48,350 bases of DNA from Chiloscyllium plagiosum. Lineage: Eukaryota. Positions within the stretch are counted from its first letter, which is position 1. Every line of letters begins with the position of its first letter. The position numbers and the translations under genes were made by a program. The stretch spans positions 37,148 to 85,497 of the forward strand of contig NW_025215291.1 in NCBI RefSeq assembly GCF_004010195.1, written 5' to 3'. Positions 36,151 through 47,004 of this stretch are shown piece after piece. Below the pieces are notes generated by a model. It ran no database searches, was not told the origin of the DNA, and was given only the letters and a program-made list of their open reading frames with translations.

Positions 36151-37450
36151 GGCTGCGGCCCTAATAGATATCCTTGTGGCTGATCAGTGATCCACAACAT
36201 GGTTTTGTGTGGGGGGAGATCGTGCCTTACCAAGTTAATAGAGTTCTTTGAGGAAGTGACGAAGTTGATAGATGAAGGAAGGGGTGTTGATGTCATATAC
36301 ATGGACTTTAGTAAGGCGTTTGATAAGGTTCCCCATGGTAAACTAATACAGAAAGTGAATCACATGATGTGCAGTGTGCTCTAGCTAGATGGATAAGGAA
36401 CTGGTTGAGCAACAGGAGACAGAGAGTAGTATTTGAAGGGTGTTCCTCGAAACGGAGAAAGGTGAGCTTTGGTGTTCCAAAGGGATCAGTGCTTTGCCCA
36501 CTGTTGCTTGTGATATCCAAACATGACCTGGAAGAGGGCATAGTTGGTATGATCAGCAAGTTAGCAGATGACACGAAGATTGGTGACGTAGCAGAAAGCA
36601 TAATGGGCTGTCAAAGAATACAGGAGAACATAGATAGACTGGAGAGTTGGGAGGAGAAGTGGCAGATAGAATTCAATCCAGACAAATGTGAGGTGATGCA
36701 TTTCGGCAAGTCTAATTCTAGACCGAATTATGCAGTGAACGGAAGAGCCTTGGTAAAAGTTGATGAGCAGAGCGATCTGCGAGTGCAGGTCCATTGTACC
36801 CTGAATGTTGCTGCACAGGTGGATAGAGTGGTCAAGAAGACATATGGCATGCTTGCCTTCATTGGACGGGGTATTGCATATAAGAGCTGGCAGGTCATGT
36901 TAAAATTGTACAAGACATTAGTTCGGCGGCATTTAGAATACTGTGTACCGTTCTGGTCGCCACATTACGAAAAGGATGTGGAAGCTTTGGAGAGAATGCA
37001 GAGAAGGTTTATGAGGATGTTGCCTGGTATGAAAGGTGCTCGCTATGAAGAGAGATTAGGTTTGTTTACATTAGAAAAAAGGAGATTGAGGGGGACCTGA
37101 TTGAGGTTTTCAAATCCATGAAGGGTATAGCGATAAACTTTTTTTCCCAGGGTGAAGGATCCAATAACGAGAGGTCACGCTTTCAAGTTGAGAGATGAAA
37201 CGTTTAAGGGGGATACACGCGGCAGAGGGTGGTGGGTGTCTGGAACTTCTTGCCAGCAGAGGTGGTAGAGGCAGGCATGGTAGATTCATCTAAGATGCAC
37301 CTGGACAAATGCATGAGTCGGTGGGGAGCTGAGGGATACGGATGCTTAGGAATTGGGTGATAGGTTTAGACAGATGGTGTGGATCGGCTCAAGCTTGGAG
37401 AGTCGAAGGGGCGGGCCCTGGGCTGTAAATGTTCTTTCTTCGTTATTTGT
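36151..37450 (+). mobile_element. CR1 LINE RT domain to 3' tail
   Basis: RSCLTKLIEFFEEVT..VDVIYMDFSKAFDKVPH; ORF 36369-37100 GVPKGSVL.PLL..KLADDTK..HLEYC..FWSP. Confidence 0.95.
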
Positions 37451-38417
37451 TCTTCTTTGCTCTTTTATTCTTTTCACTCTCACCTTAAATTGATACCCTC
37501 TCCTCCTCGAGTCCCCAACTCTGTAAAAAAAAGGCTGAGTCAATTCACCCTATCCATGCCTCTCATTATCTTGTACACTTCTCTATGATCCCCCTCAGTT
37601 CTCTCCGCTCTAAAGAACAAAGTCCTCGCTTGTCTAACCTCTCCCTATATTTCATGCTGTTGAGTCCCTGGCAACATTTTTGAATATTTTGGCTGCACGC
37701 ATTCCAATTAACGAAAACATCCTTCTGATCGCAATGTGACGAAAACTGAACACAACACTACAAGTGCAGCATTACCAACATCCTGTATAACTGCAACATA
37801 ACTTCCCAACTTCTCTCCTCCATGTTGACCGATGAATGCCAGAGTGCCAAAAGCCTTCTTCAAATTTACTAATAGTGCATTGTACATTCACAAGAATAGC
37901 ATTGATATAGGTAACAAACAGCAATGGGCCCAGCACCGACCCCTGAGCCACTTCATGTGTCACAGGCTTCCAGTCCAAGAGCATCCTTGCCCTATTACGC
38001 TCTGCGAACTACCATGAAGCCAATTCAGTATCCAATTTTCCAGCTCCCTCTGGATTTTATGCGATTTTAACCTTCCAGTCCACCCTATTAAAGGGAACAT
38101 TATCAAAAGGCCTTACTGAAAACCATGCAGACGACGCCGAAAGCCCTGCCCTCATCAACATTCCTCATCACTTCATCAAAGAACTCAAACACATTTGAGA
38201 GGCACGATCTCCCACTCACAAAGCTATGCAATATTTCCAGTTTAAAAACAACTATTAGTGATAATTATTAAAATTAATAATTACAAACAATAATGAGATG
38301 AAATTTTCAGTGGAGAATAAATTAACCATGATATATGATATTGGAACGTGCATCATGGGTGAAGGGCAGATAGATTTTGTACCTGTGTCAATGAACTGTG
38401 TTGAAATAACAAAGTAA

Positions 38418-38735
38418 TGGTGGTTCAGTGGTTAGCACTGCTGCCTCTAGTGCTACGAACTTGAGTTTGATTCCTTGGTTGACTCTTTGTGTGGAGTTTG
38501 CACATTCTCCCAGCGTCTGCGTGTGCTTCCTCTGGGTGCTCCATTTTCCTCCCACAATCCGAAGATGCACAGGTCAGATGAATTGGCAATGCTAAATTAC
38601 CCATAGTGTTATGGGCATTAGCCAGGGGTAAATTTAGGGTAGAGGAATGGGACTCTGTAGTTTACTGTTTGGAGAGTGGGTGCGGCCTTGTTGGGCTAAA
38701 TGGCCTGTTTCCATACTGCAGGGAATCTGAAAAAA
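38418..38735 (+). mobile_element. HE1/V-SINE-type SINE
   Basis: ggtggttcagtggttagcactgctgcc..gtgtggagtttgcacattctccc..ggcctgtttccatactg. Confidence 0.9.
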
Positions 38736-39452
38736 AAAACTATTTCTAATCAAACCCGTTCTTTCCAAATGCATGCACACCTTATACCTCAGAGCCTTCT
38801 CAAGTAACCTACCTACCACTGATGTTAGACTTCGTAATCTATAGCACCCAGATTTTTCTTTGCTTCCCTTCATGAATAATGGCACAAAGTTTGCTACCCT
38901 CCAACCTAACCTGTGACTAACAATGATGCAAACATATCAACCAGGGTCCCGTAGTTTATTCTGTTGACTCTTGCAGTGTTCTTGGATGCATCTGTTTTAA
39001 CCAGGAGATTTATCCACCTTTATACGTTCTATTGCGTCCAACACGTCCTCTGCTGTGATACTGACTAACCCCAAGATATCCCCACGACCTTCGTTAAGCT
39101 CCCAAGTCTTCATGTATTTCTCCACGGCAAACACATAGGAGAAATATTCATTGAGAAGCTCGCACATCTCCTACGTTTCCAGACATGCATGACCACTTTG
39201 TCCTGGTGGGGTTATGTTCCCATTTAGTTATTCTTTTTTCTTTGATGTACTTAAAGAACCTCTCGATTAAACACTGATCTTCTCAGCTAAGTCTAACCTG
39301 TGCCCCCTTTTTGCCCTCCTGATTTCCTATTTTAATAAACTCCTGTATTTCCCTGTATACCGACAAGGGTTCCCTTGATCCCAGCTGCCTGGACCTGAGC
39401 CACGCCTCCTTTTTTCTGATCAAAGTCTCAATATCTCCTGACATCCAGGATT

Positions 39453-39545
39453 TCAAAATGTGTTGCTGGAAAAGCGCAGCAGGTCAGGCAGCATCAAAGG
39501 AGAAGGAGAATCGACGTTTCGGGCATAAGCACTTCTTCAGGAATC
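39453..39545 (-). mobile_element. Short stand-alone PLE terminus (hammerhead plus tail)
   Basis: Reverse strand gattcCTGAAGAAGTGCTTATGCCCGAAACGTCgattctcc..gcttttccagcaacacatttt inserted in CR1. Confidence 0.8.
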
Positions 39546-41081
39546 AGGGTTCCATATTCCTGTCAAGCTTGCCTTTTATCCTCACTGGAACATATGGATA
39601 TTGAACTCTAACCATCTCACTTTTAAAGGCCTCCCACTTGCCGGCGGTCCCTTCACCTACAAACAAACTCCTCCAATCAACCCCTACAAGCTCCTGTCTA
39701 ATTGCATCAAAATTCGCCTTGCCCCAATTTAGAACTTGAACATGTGAATCAGTTTGTCCTTTTCCATAAGTGTTTTAAAATTAATAGAACTATGGTTACT
39801 GATCCCAGAGTGTTCTCGCACTGTCACCTAAATCACCTGTCCTGCCCTATTTCTTAGAGTAGGTCAAGTTTTGCCGCTTTCCGAGTTTCACCCTCTACAT
39901 ACTGGTTGAGGAAACTTTCCTGAACGCACTTACTAGATACACCCCACCTCAGTCCTTAATTCTATGTCATTCCCAGTCTATGTTGTGAAAATTAAAATTC
40001 CTACTATGGCAGTCCTATTGGCCCTGCAAGTCTCCCCAATCTCTCTACATATTTTTGTTCCACTAATTCCCCTTTTCGTATTTGGGGGCCAATAGTACAA
40101 CCAAATAATATCACCATTCCCTTCTTATTTCTTATCTCCACCCCACACAAATCCTCACTGAATGATCCATCTATTACTTTTTCTCTGAAAACTGCTGTGA
40201 TACTCGCCTTAATCAAAAATAAACTCCCCCTCCCCTCCTTCCACCATCCGTGTCCCGCATAAAGAACCTTTATCCTGGTGCATTAAGCTGCCAGTCCTGT
40301 CCCTCCTTTAGCCGTGTTTTTGTAATGGCTATAGTATCCCAGTCCCATATACACATCCACGTCCTGAGTTCATCTGCCTTACCTGTCTGTCATATTGCAT
40401 TTATTGCAGCAGCAATTCTTTGCTCCCTGCCATGTTCCAGCCTAGCTAGTCTCTTCACTTTACTGTTTCTGATTACTAGTATCCCAGTTCCATGTACACA
40501 TCCACGCCCTGAGTTCATCGGCCTTACCTGTCAGTCATATTGCACTGATTACTGTATCTCCTTCCAGTCTCGCACTTGCCTCCCTGCTGTTGAGGATCCT
40601 ACCCCTCCCCAACCCCAGCCAATCTCGTGGAATCCCTCCTTTACAGCACTAGCAAACCTGCTGACAGGATATTGGTCCCCTTCCAGTTCAGGTACAATCC
40701 GTCCTTCCTGAACAGGTCACCACTGCTCCACAAAAGATCCTCTTGATCAAAAAATTCTAAGTCTCTGCCCCCTCCACCAACACTTTAGCCACGCATTCAT
40801 CTGTCATTGGGCCCTGTTCGTACCCTCACTAGCACGGAGCATTGGACGTAAACCGCATATTACCACTCTCCTTGAACATTGTCCTAACTATATGTCTCCA
40901 TCACATTCTCGACTCCATGCCGGTGCATTGTTGCTGTTGTTATACACAGAATCAATTAATTAACAATAAATGACCCTACTTGTTTTGAAGATGTGTTAAT
41001 ATGTGCCTGCATAATGTAAAAATAAACTTTTAATGTCTTCACAATATCTGTGTTAAGACGAATATGTTTCATTCTTAAACA

Positions 41082-41180
41082 AATGCAGAAATTGCTGGAA
41101 AAGCTCAGCCTATCTGGCATCATGTATAAAGAGAAATCAGAGTTCAATTTTTTGATCTAATGACCTTTCCTTTGAACGTA
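41082..41180 (-). mobile_element. Degenerate PLE terminus
   Basis: cagaaattgctggaaaagctcagc..tctggc..gagaaatcagagtt. Confidence 0.6.
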
Positions 41181-41734
41181 TCTTATTATTAAATTATTTC
41201 CCCAGTTTTATTCTCCAACAGAAGAAGGAATATCCACCCAGCATTCACCAACTACACTCTTCTCAAGACCTTACATGGTCAACAAAACATCTCTCATTCT
41301 CAGGCCCTAACAGTTAATTCTTCATAACGTAATGCCTTCACCCCAAGAACGAGTAAAGAGAAACATCTTTGAAACGTTTCGAAAGCAATTTTGTTTTTTT
41401 TCTCAGTTTAGGCGATTATAACTAGACATAATACATCAGCTGTGATCTCAGCAATACCCTGTACTTATGCAGAAAAAAACATGGCTAAGATCACACACAA
41501 CATCTGTTGCACGAAACAGAATCACTAATTTTAACTTCCAAATCACTTGCTACAACTTCAGAGTAATTTGATGTGATTCATGTACTAAGACAAACAAATC
41601 CCGCTGTACTACTGAGTTCTGCATTCTACTTGCATTTAAAACAATTCTGCTGTTTTGTCTTTTCCCAAACCACAGATTTCCCATCACACACATTGTACTG
41701 ATTTTTTATTGTTGAACGTTTGCTCACAGCCGTC

Positions 41735-42270
41735 CTCTATCTGTATGCCATTGCATCATGCTCTGCCCTCCCCTTGTCTGTGTCCCATTGCAGACACTCT
41801 GAACTCCCACCATAAGCATACCATTGCAGACGCTCTGCCCTCCCCTGTCTGTATCCCATTGCAGACGCTATGCCCTCCAATATCAAAATCCCATTGCAGA
41901 CGCGCTTCCCTCCAATGTCTGTATCCCATTGCAGACGCGCTTCCCTCCCCCTGTCAGTATCCCTTTGCAGACGATCTGCACTCCTACTATCACCCCTCTG
42001 TATCCCATTTCAGACGCTCTGTCTTCCCTTGTCTATATCCCATTGCAAACGCTCTGCATTCCCCCGTCTGTATCCCATTGCAGACGCACTGCCTCCCCTT
42101 GTCTGTATCCCATTGCAGACTCTCTGCCCTCCCCCTGTTCCTATCCCATTGCAGAATCTCTGCCCTCCCCTGTCTGCATCCTATTGCAGCCACTTCACCC
42201 GCCCACTTTCTGTATCCCATTGCAGATGCTCTTCCCTCCACCGTCTGTATCCCATTGCAGACGCTCAGTC
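41735..42270. repeat. ~35-bp minisatellite, 15 units, palindromic core
   Basis: Core gtctgtatcccattgcagac at ~41739, 41776, 41812, 41847, 41882, 41917, 41953, 41996, 42031, 42066, 42101, 42137, 42172, 42208, 42243. Confidence 0.95.
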
Positions 42271-42394
42271 TCCATTTGACATCTTATTGAATGACTATCC
42301 TGGTGCATGAGCAAACTCATCTCCAACCACTTCATCCAATTCATTAGTATGGATTGTAATTTGTTGATGACCTCACATAAATCCCTGAAGAATT

Positions 42395-42700
42395 CACGGT
42401 GGCACAGTGGCGAGCACTGCTGCCTCACAGCGCCAGAGACCCAGGTTCAATTCCGGCCTCAGGCGACTGACTGTGGAGTTTGCACATTGTCTGCGTGGGT
42501 TTCCTCCAGGTGCTCTGGTTTTCTCCCACAGTCCAAAAATGTGCAGGTTAGATGAATTGGCAGAGCTAAATTGCCCGTAGTTTTACGTGAAGGGGTACAA
42601 GTAGGAGAATGGGGTCTGGATTGGTTGCGATTTGACGGATCAGTGTGGACGTGTTGGGGCGAAGGGCCTGTTTCCACACTGTAATTAATCTAATCTAAAT
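42395..42700 (+). mobile_element. HE1/V-SINE-type SINE
   Basis: cacggtggcacagtgg..ggttcaattcc..tgtggagtttgcaca..gggccgaagggcctgtttccacactgtaa-(taatc)n. Confidence 0.95.
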
Positions 42701-42994
42701 TCCATTCGGCTCAGCTTTCCAAACACAAAATGAGTAATGATCTCTACTCTGTATTTCCTGACAGCTACCCGGGGCGCTCCTGCTCCTGCATAACAGCCTG
42801 GGGTGGTTATATTGCGCCATCCTGTGCTGTGTAATTTACTGAAATGACTTTAATACTTCATTCTATTTCTGTCTAACCCCATGGAGTGTTATTATGGCCT
42901 CCCCCTGCTGCATTGGCTCAATGCTGACTGGCTGAATAGGATCTTTCTCTCCCTCGGTAACAGCCTCGAGGGGTGAATTGACAGAACACCGTGT

Positions 42995-43265
42995 GAGGTA
43001 GGAGCAGCAGTTGACCATTCGGCCCCTCCAACCTGCTGCTCAGTATAGAAATATCATGGATGGTCTGATTGTAGCTGACCACCACCTTCCTGTCTGTTCT
43101 CATTAGACATTGACTCCTCTGTGCATCAAAGGTCAGTCAAGATCAGCCTTAAATATCTTCAATGACTCAGACTTCACTGTACCCTGGGGATGACAGCACC
43201 ACAGATCACACAATCCAAAGGAGAAAGAAACAACATTATCTCAAATGGAAATGGGAGACCCCTTT
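42995..43265 (-). mobile_element. CR1 3' tail fragment
   Basis: taggagcagcagttgaccattcggcccctccaacctgct..atatcatggatggtctga. Confidence 0.65.
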
Positions 43266-43611
43266 CATTTTAAAGAGTGTTAACCTCACTGCATGTCACC
43301 TCCTCTTTTCAGAAACAAGGGCACAGCAAATATGAACAAACATAGACCATTCAACCCCTCAAACATATTCCACAGTCCCATGTACTGTTCAGTCGAGTAT
43401 TTATCAAACTTAGCTTCATTGGCACCCTTGGGAAAATAATCCTGATACCACGAGGCCACAGAGCATAGGAAACTGGAATTAGGCCATTTGACCCATCAAG
43501 TCTACTTTGATGTTTGATCCTGCCTGGCATGTTTCTCAACACAATTCTGTCACCTTCTCACTCCAACGCTGTTTTGTTGTTTTAATCCAACCTTTGTCTC
43601 GAAGACATGGT

Positions 43612-43649
43612 TGTGTCTGTCTGTCTGTCTCTCTCTCCTCTCTCTCTCG

Positions 43650-43681
<32 letters not shown>

Positions 43682-43717
43682 TTTGTGTGTGATTGTGTGT
43701 GTGTGTTTCTGTGTGTA
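43612..43717. repeat. Compound microsatellite (GTCT)/(CT)/(TA)/(TG)
   Basis: Direct observation. Confidence 0.95.
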
Positions 43718-43719
43718 TC

Positions 43720-44300
43720 TGATTAATGGCAGGAGACAGGGTGGTCGTGGATGGATGTTTTTCAGACTGGAATCCTGTGAACAGCGATGACCCTCAGGCA
43801 AAATTGCTGAGTCCTTTTTTGTTTGTCATTTATATAAATGATTTAGATGAGAATTATTACAGGTGATTTAGCAAATTTGCTGGTGACATCCAGTTTGGAT
43901 GTATAGTGGACAATGTTTGTGTAATGGTGAACAATTGAAAGTTACAAAGAGATCCTCATTAATTAAATCAATGATTCAGAGAGATGTAACACAGGGAAAC
44001 AGAGCCTTCAACTCGTTCATGCCAACCAAACTTTTTAAAATAAATCTTGCCCCATTTAACAGCATTTGGCCCATATCCCACTATTCATATAGGTACCCTG
44101 TTGCATTTTAAATGCTGTAATTGCTCCAGCCTCCAACCGTTCCTCCGGCGACTTATTCCATAGAAGCACCATCCACTGCAGGAAAAAAAGTTGTCCTTAA
44201 TTGTCTTTCAAATCTTTCTCTTCCCACCTTAAACCTATGCCTTCTAGTTTTAGACTCTCCTACCCTCAACCTATACATGCCCTTCATAATTTTATAAACG
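43720..44300. mobile_element. CR1 fragments (+ RT 43720-43960; - tail 43975-44300)
   Basis: gacagggtggtcgtggatggatgtttttcagactgg..tatataaatgatttagatg; reverse tail acacagggaaacagagccttc. Confidence 0.75.
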
Positions 44301-44429
44301 TCTAGAAAGTGCAAACGTGACTCCAATCAACACAAATGGCTGTGCTTTCAGTCATCCTGGGCCTACATTCTCAAATTAAATAGTGATACCTTTTCCTTTT
44401 CCATCAAGGCACGATTCCAAAAATGGTTA

Positions 44430-44720
44430 ATGAACTTGTTCAGACATATTATGAAACAGTTCCTTGGGATTTGAAAGTAGAATTTTCGGCGCAGTGATAG
44501 GGGACACCACCATCTTCCAGCATTATCTCCTAATGCTGCAATATGATGCGACTGTGTGTTCGGTCATCAGCCTGTTGTAACATGCTGTGACATACCTTAA
44601 CAGGACATGAATACACAACACCTTCTCCAGAGATAGGGGCAACACCAGTCGTTCATGGACTGGAATCGGATCCAGAGTTCTGGTTCAGAAACGTGGGCAC
44701 CACCCCCTACACAAGGCCTA
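44430..44720 (-). mobile_element. Cluster of short degenerate tRNA-like SINE heads
   Basis: Reverse strand repeats ggtggtgtccctatc..ttcaaatccca..cataatatgtctgaacaagtt-like modules two to three times. Confidence 0.35.
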
Positions 44721-45299
44721 AACCATGCCCTGAGATTTGGTCGTATTTTAAATCCATGGATTTCTTAAATTCTGATTAACATCATCAAATTATTCAGGCG
44801 ACATTTCTCATTGAAAAAAAATGTACAAGTTATTAGCCTCAGCTATAGGATGTTGAGTGAATTCGCTGTGCCATTGAGATAAACTATGAATATCTTTCAT
44901 TGCTTGGCTATGATTTCCAGTTTAAATAGCTATTATCAGTAGACAGATACATTAGGGAAAGAAATTCTGCAACATGCTCTGCACTGTGAAGGATCTCGAG
45001 TAGATATCAATACATGACCACCGGAAATGAGGAAAGAGCACAATTCTGACCCAAAACACCAGTCACTATTTCCAAAATCTGACATGTGGCTTCCCTTTTC
45101 CTGAAATCATTAAGTGATACAAGGCAACTGTTAATTTTCCAGGCTCTCCACATTCGCTCCTCCCTCTGCCTGCGCAAAGCAAACCAAGTTCTGCATTTTT
45201 ATGGAACTCAAGGCTGCTGTTTGTAGGCCTTCTGGAGAGGGGAGTATCGTATTAATCCAAAGGGGTTTCTTTTGAGGGGGCGGTAATATCCCTCACTGC

Positions 45300-45650
45300 G
45301 TAGAGGTATGGCAGATGGAGTTAAACTTGGATAAATGTGAGGTATTGTATTTTGGTAAATCAAACAAGTGGAGGGCTTATACAATTAATGCGGGGCTTTC
45401 ATAACTATGTAGAAAATACGGACCCAGGTACGTTGGAAATGTTCTTTGAAATTTGTGCTGCTGGGCGTTTAAGGTTACTTCATTGTTCAGACCTTTGAGA
45501 TTAGAAGTTGAGAAGTCATGCTGAGATTGTGCAGGACATTGATGAATCCTCTTCTGTCGTACTGTGTGCAGTTCTGGTCGTCCTGTTATAGGAAGGATAT
45601 TATTAATCTGGAGAGGGTTTGGAAGAGATTAACCAGGATGTTACCAGTAA
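45300..45650 (+). mobile_element. CR1 RT C-terminal fragment
   Basis: WQMELNLDKCEVLYFG; YCVQFWSSCYRKDIINLERV..RLTRMLP. Confidence 0.85.
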
Positions 45651-46035
45651 CCCCTCATCTTCTGCTTCGGGAGCCTACAATCACACTGCATTGACATTGA
45701 ATTGAACAGTTTCCAAAACATCCCTCACCCATCCAGATCCGAAATACAATCCTCCAACTCAGATCCGCCTTATCGAGGGGACATAACTGTCCATCTTCCT
45801 TTCCAACGTTCCGTTCCACACTCCCCACTGACCTATCACTATCACCTCCTACCTTTGTTCACTTATCGCCTACCATTCCCCCAGCCTCACCCCACCACTA
45901 ATTTTCTCTCAGCTCTGTTCGCCCTCCCCAGTCCTGACGAATGGTCCTGCCTGAAACGTCGACTCTCTTGCTCCTGATCTGCTTTTCTTTTTCCACCACC
46001 ACACTTTATCTACATTGAATTCTCCAGCATCTACC
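45651..46035 (+). mobile_element. Neptune-type PLE 3' end with hammerhead
   Basis: LIFCFGSLQSHCIDIELNSF (cf. LIFCLGILQPQGINV at 9650-10066); cctgacga..gaaacgtcgactctc; ctccagcatct. Confidence 0.8.
45930..45964 (+). ncRNA. Minimal hammerhead ribozyme motif
   Basis: AGTC-CTGACGA-ATGGTCCTGCCT-GAAA-CG-TC-GACT; helix I AGTC/GACT is perfect, stem II degenerate. Confidence 0.6.
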
Positions 46036-46214
46036 GTCCCCATTGTCTCTTTGGTACAATTCTCTGTTAACATAATGTCGTTGTCTGTTATAACATTTTC
46101 TTCTCAGGTCATGGATTATAGATGTTCTCTCAATGTTTTATTGATATTGTAATGTCTGAGCAGTAGTTACAGGATGTACGTTTCCATTTATAAACAGGGA
46201 ATCATGTTCATGTT

Positions 46215-46675
46215 CAGAGAAACCTCCAGCATTACTCTCACATCCAAGGCAGATTGAATAGTTACACTCAATTGATCTACCTGTGCCAACATTCGATCCC
46301 ACAGTCACCCTCACATATCCCATTCAGAAGGTCTACATTTTAATTAGTATTTTAAATTTTAATAAGACAGTCTTGAATTGAAAGGTGTTAACTGGAGCTA
46401 TTTGTTCAGCGAATGTGATTGATGTCAGTCTTCGTGGACCTTAAATGTGTTACGGGAGGATTTGCCTCTTCTATCAATTAGGGACTCAGCTCAATGTGTT
46501 ATCCTATGGTATTGGTGGGAGCATCACTGACAGCACTAACAGAGATCAGCAGTTCCAGAGAGGTGAGGAAGAGATCAGAACCTGAGGACATTCGACTGGA
46601 ATGTTCCAAAAAAGAATCAGGATCTGAGAATATTAAACTGGAATGTTCCAACAAGAGACAGAAGTTTATCAGAGG
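46215..46675 (+). repeat. Unclassified paralogous segment (partner 24620-25045)
   Basis: Same shared blocks as partner; internal ~42-bp duplication atcaga/gga.ctgag..att..actggaatgttccaa. Confidence 0.8.
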
Positions 46676-46886
46676 GTCTTTACTGGCGTTCTCAACCTTG
46701 GATCTCATTATAATTGCGGATCTATGATGTACTGATGGTTATTAAAAGTGGTTACTATCCCATCCTCGCTATAGTTGGTGTTCCTGGTAAGTCATTCTAT
46801 CTGTTCATTAAGCCAGGTTAAACTGAATTGCTACTCATATTATTTAAAATCTAGAAATGTCGACGTTAACGTTTTTAATTCCAATG

Positions 46887-47004
46887 AAATATTCCATTCC
46901 TCGCAAATTTTCACGAGCAAATTACTCATGACAAATTACTCACCATTAAATATTCCATACCTCGCAAATTTTCACGAACAAATTACTCATGACAAATTAC
47001 TCAC
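46887..47004. repeat. 61-bp tandem duplication
   Basis: aaatattccat.cctcgcaaattttcacga.caaattactcatgacaaattactcac at 46887 and 46948. Confidence 0.95.

Larger units (their letters stand above)
37470..40870 (-). mobile_element. Long decayed CR1 (ORF1 esterase end, endonuclease, RT) with nested insertions
   Basis: [14 protein letters not shown] (37772-37984); VMPLF.KG...YR..SLTSVVG.LLE (38740-38890); endonuclease remnants ~39700-40400; ORF1 SGNH-like MNAWL..DLFRKDGL.LNWKGTNIL (40640-40870). Confidence 0.85.

Noticed and set aside
41735..42270. CRISPR array
   Set aside because: Vertebrate context, no cas genes, and linkers are short and similar to each other; it is a minisatellite
41655..42310. 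Long Cys/Pro-rich ORFs in all three frames
   Set aside because: Produced by a stop-poor tandem repeat whose period is not a consistent multiple of 3
42810..42915. Two CTCF-like words (gcgccatcctgtg; cctccccctgctg)
   Set aside because: Only partial matches to the motif; not distinguishable from chance without data
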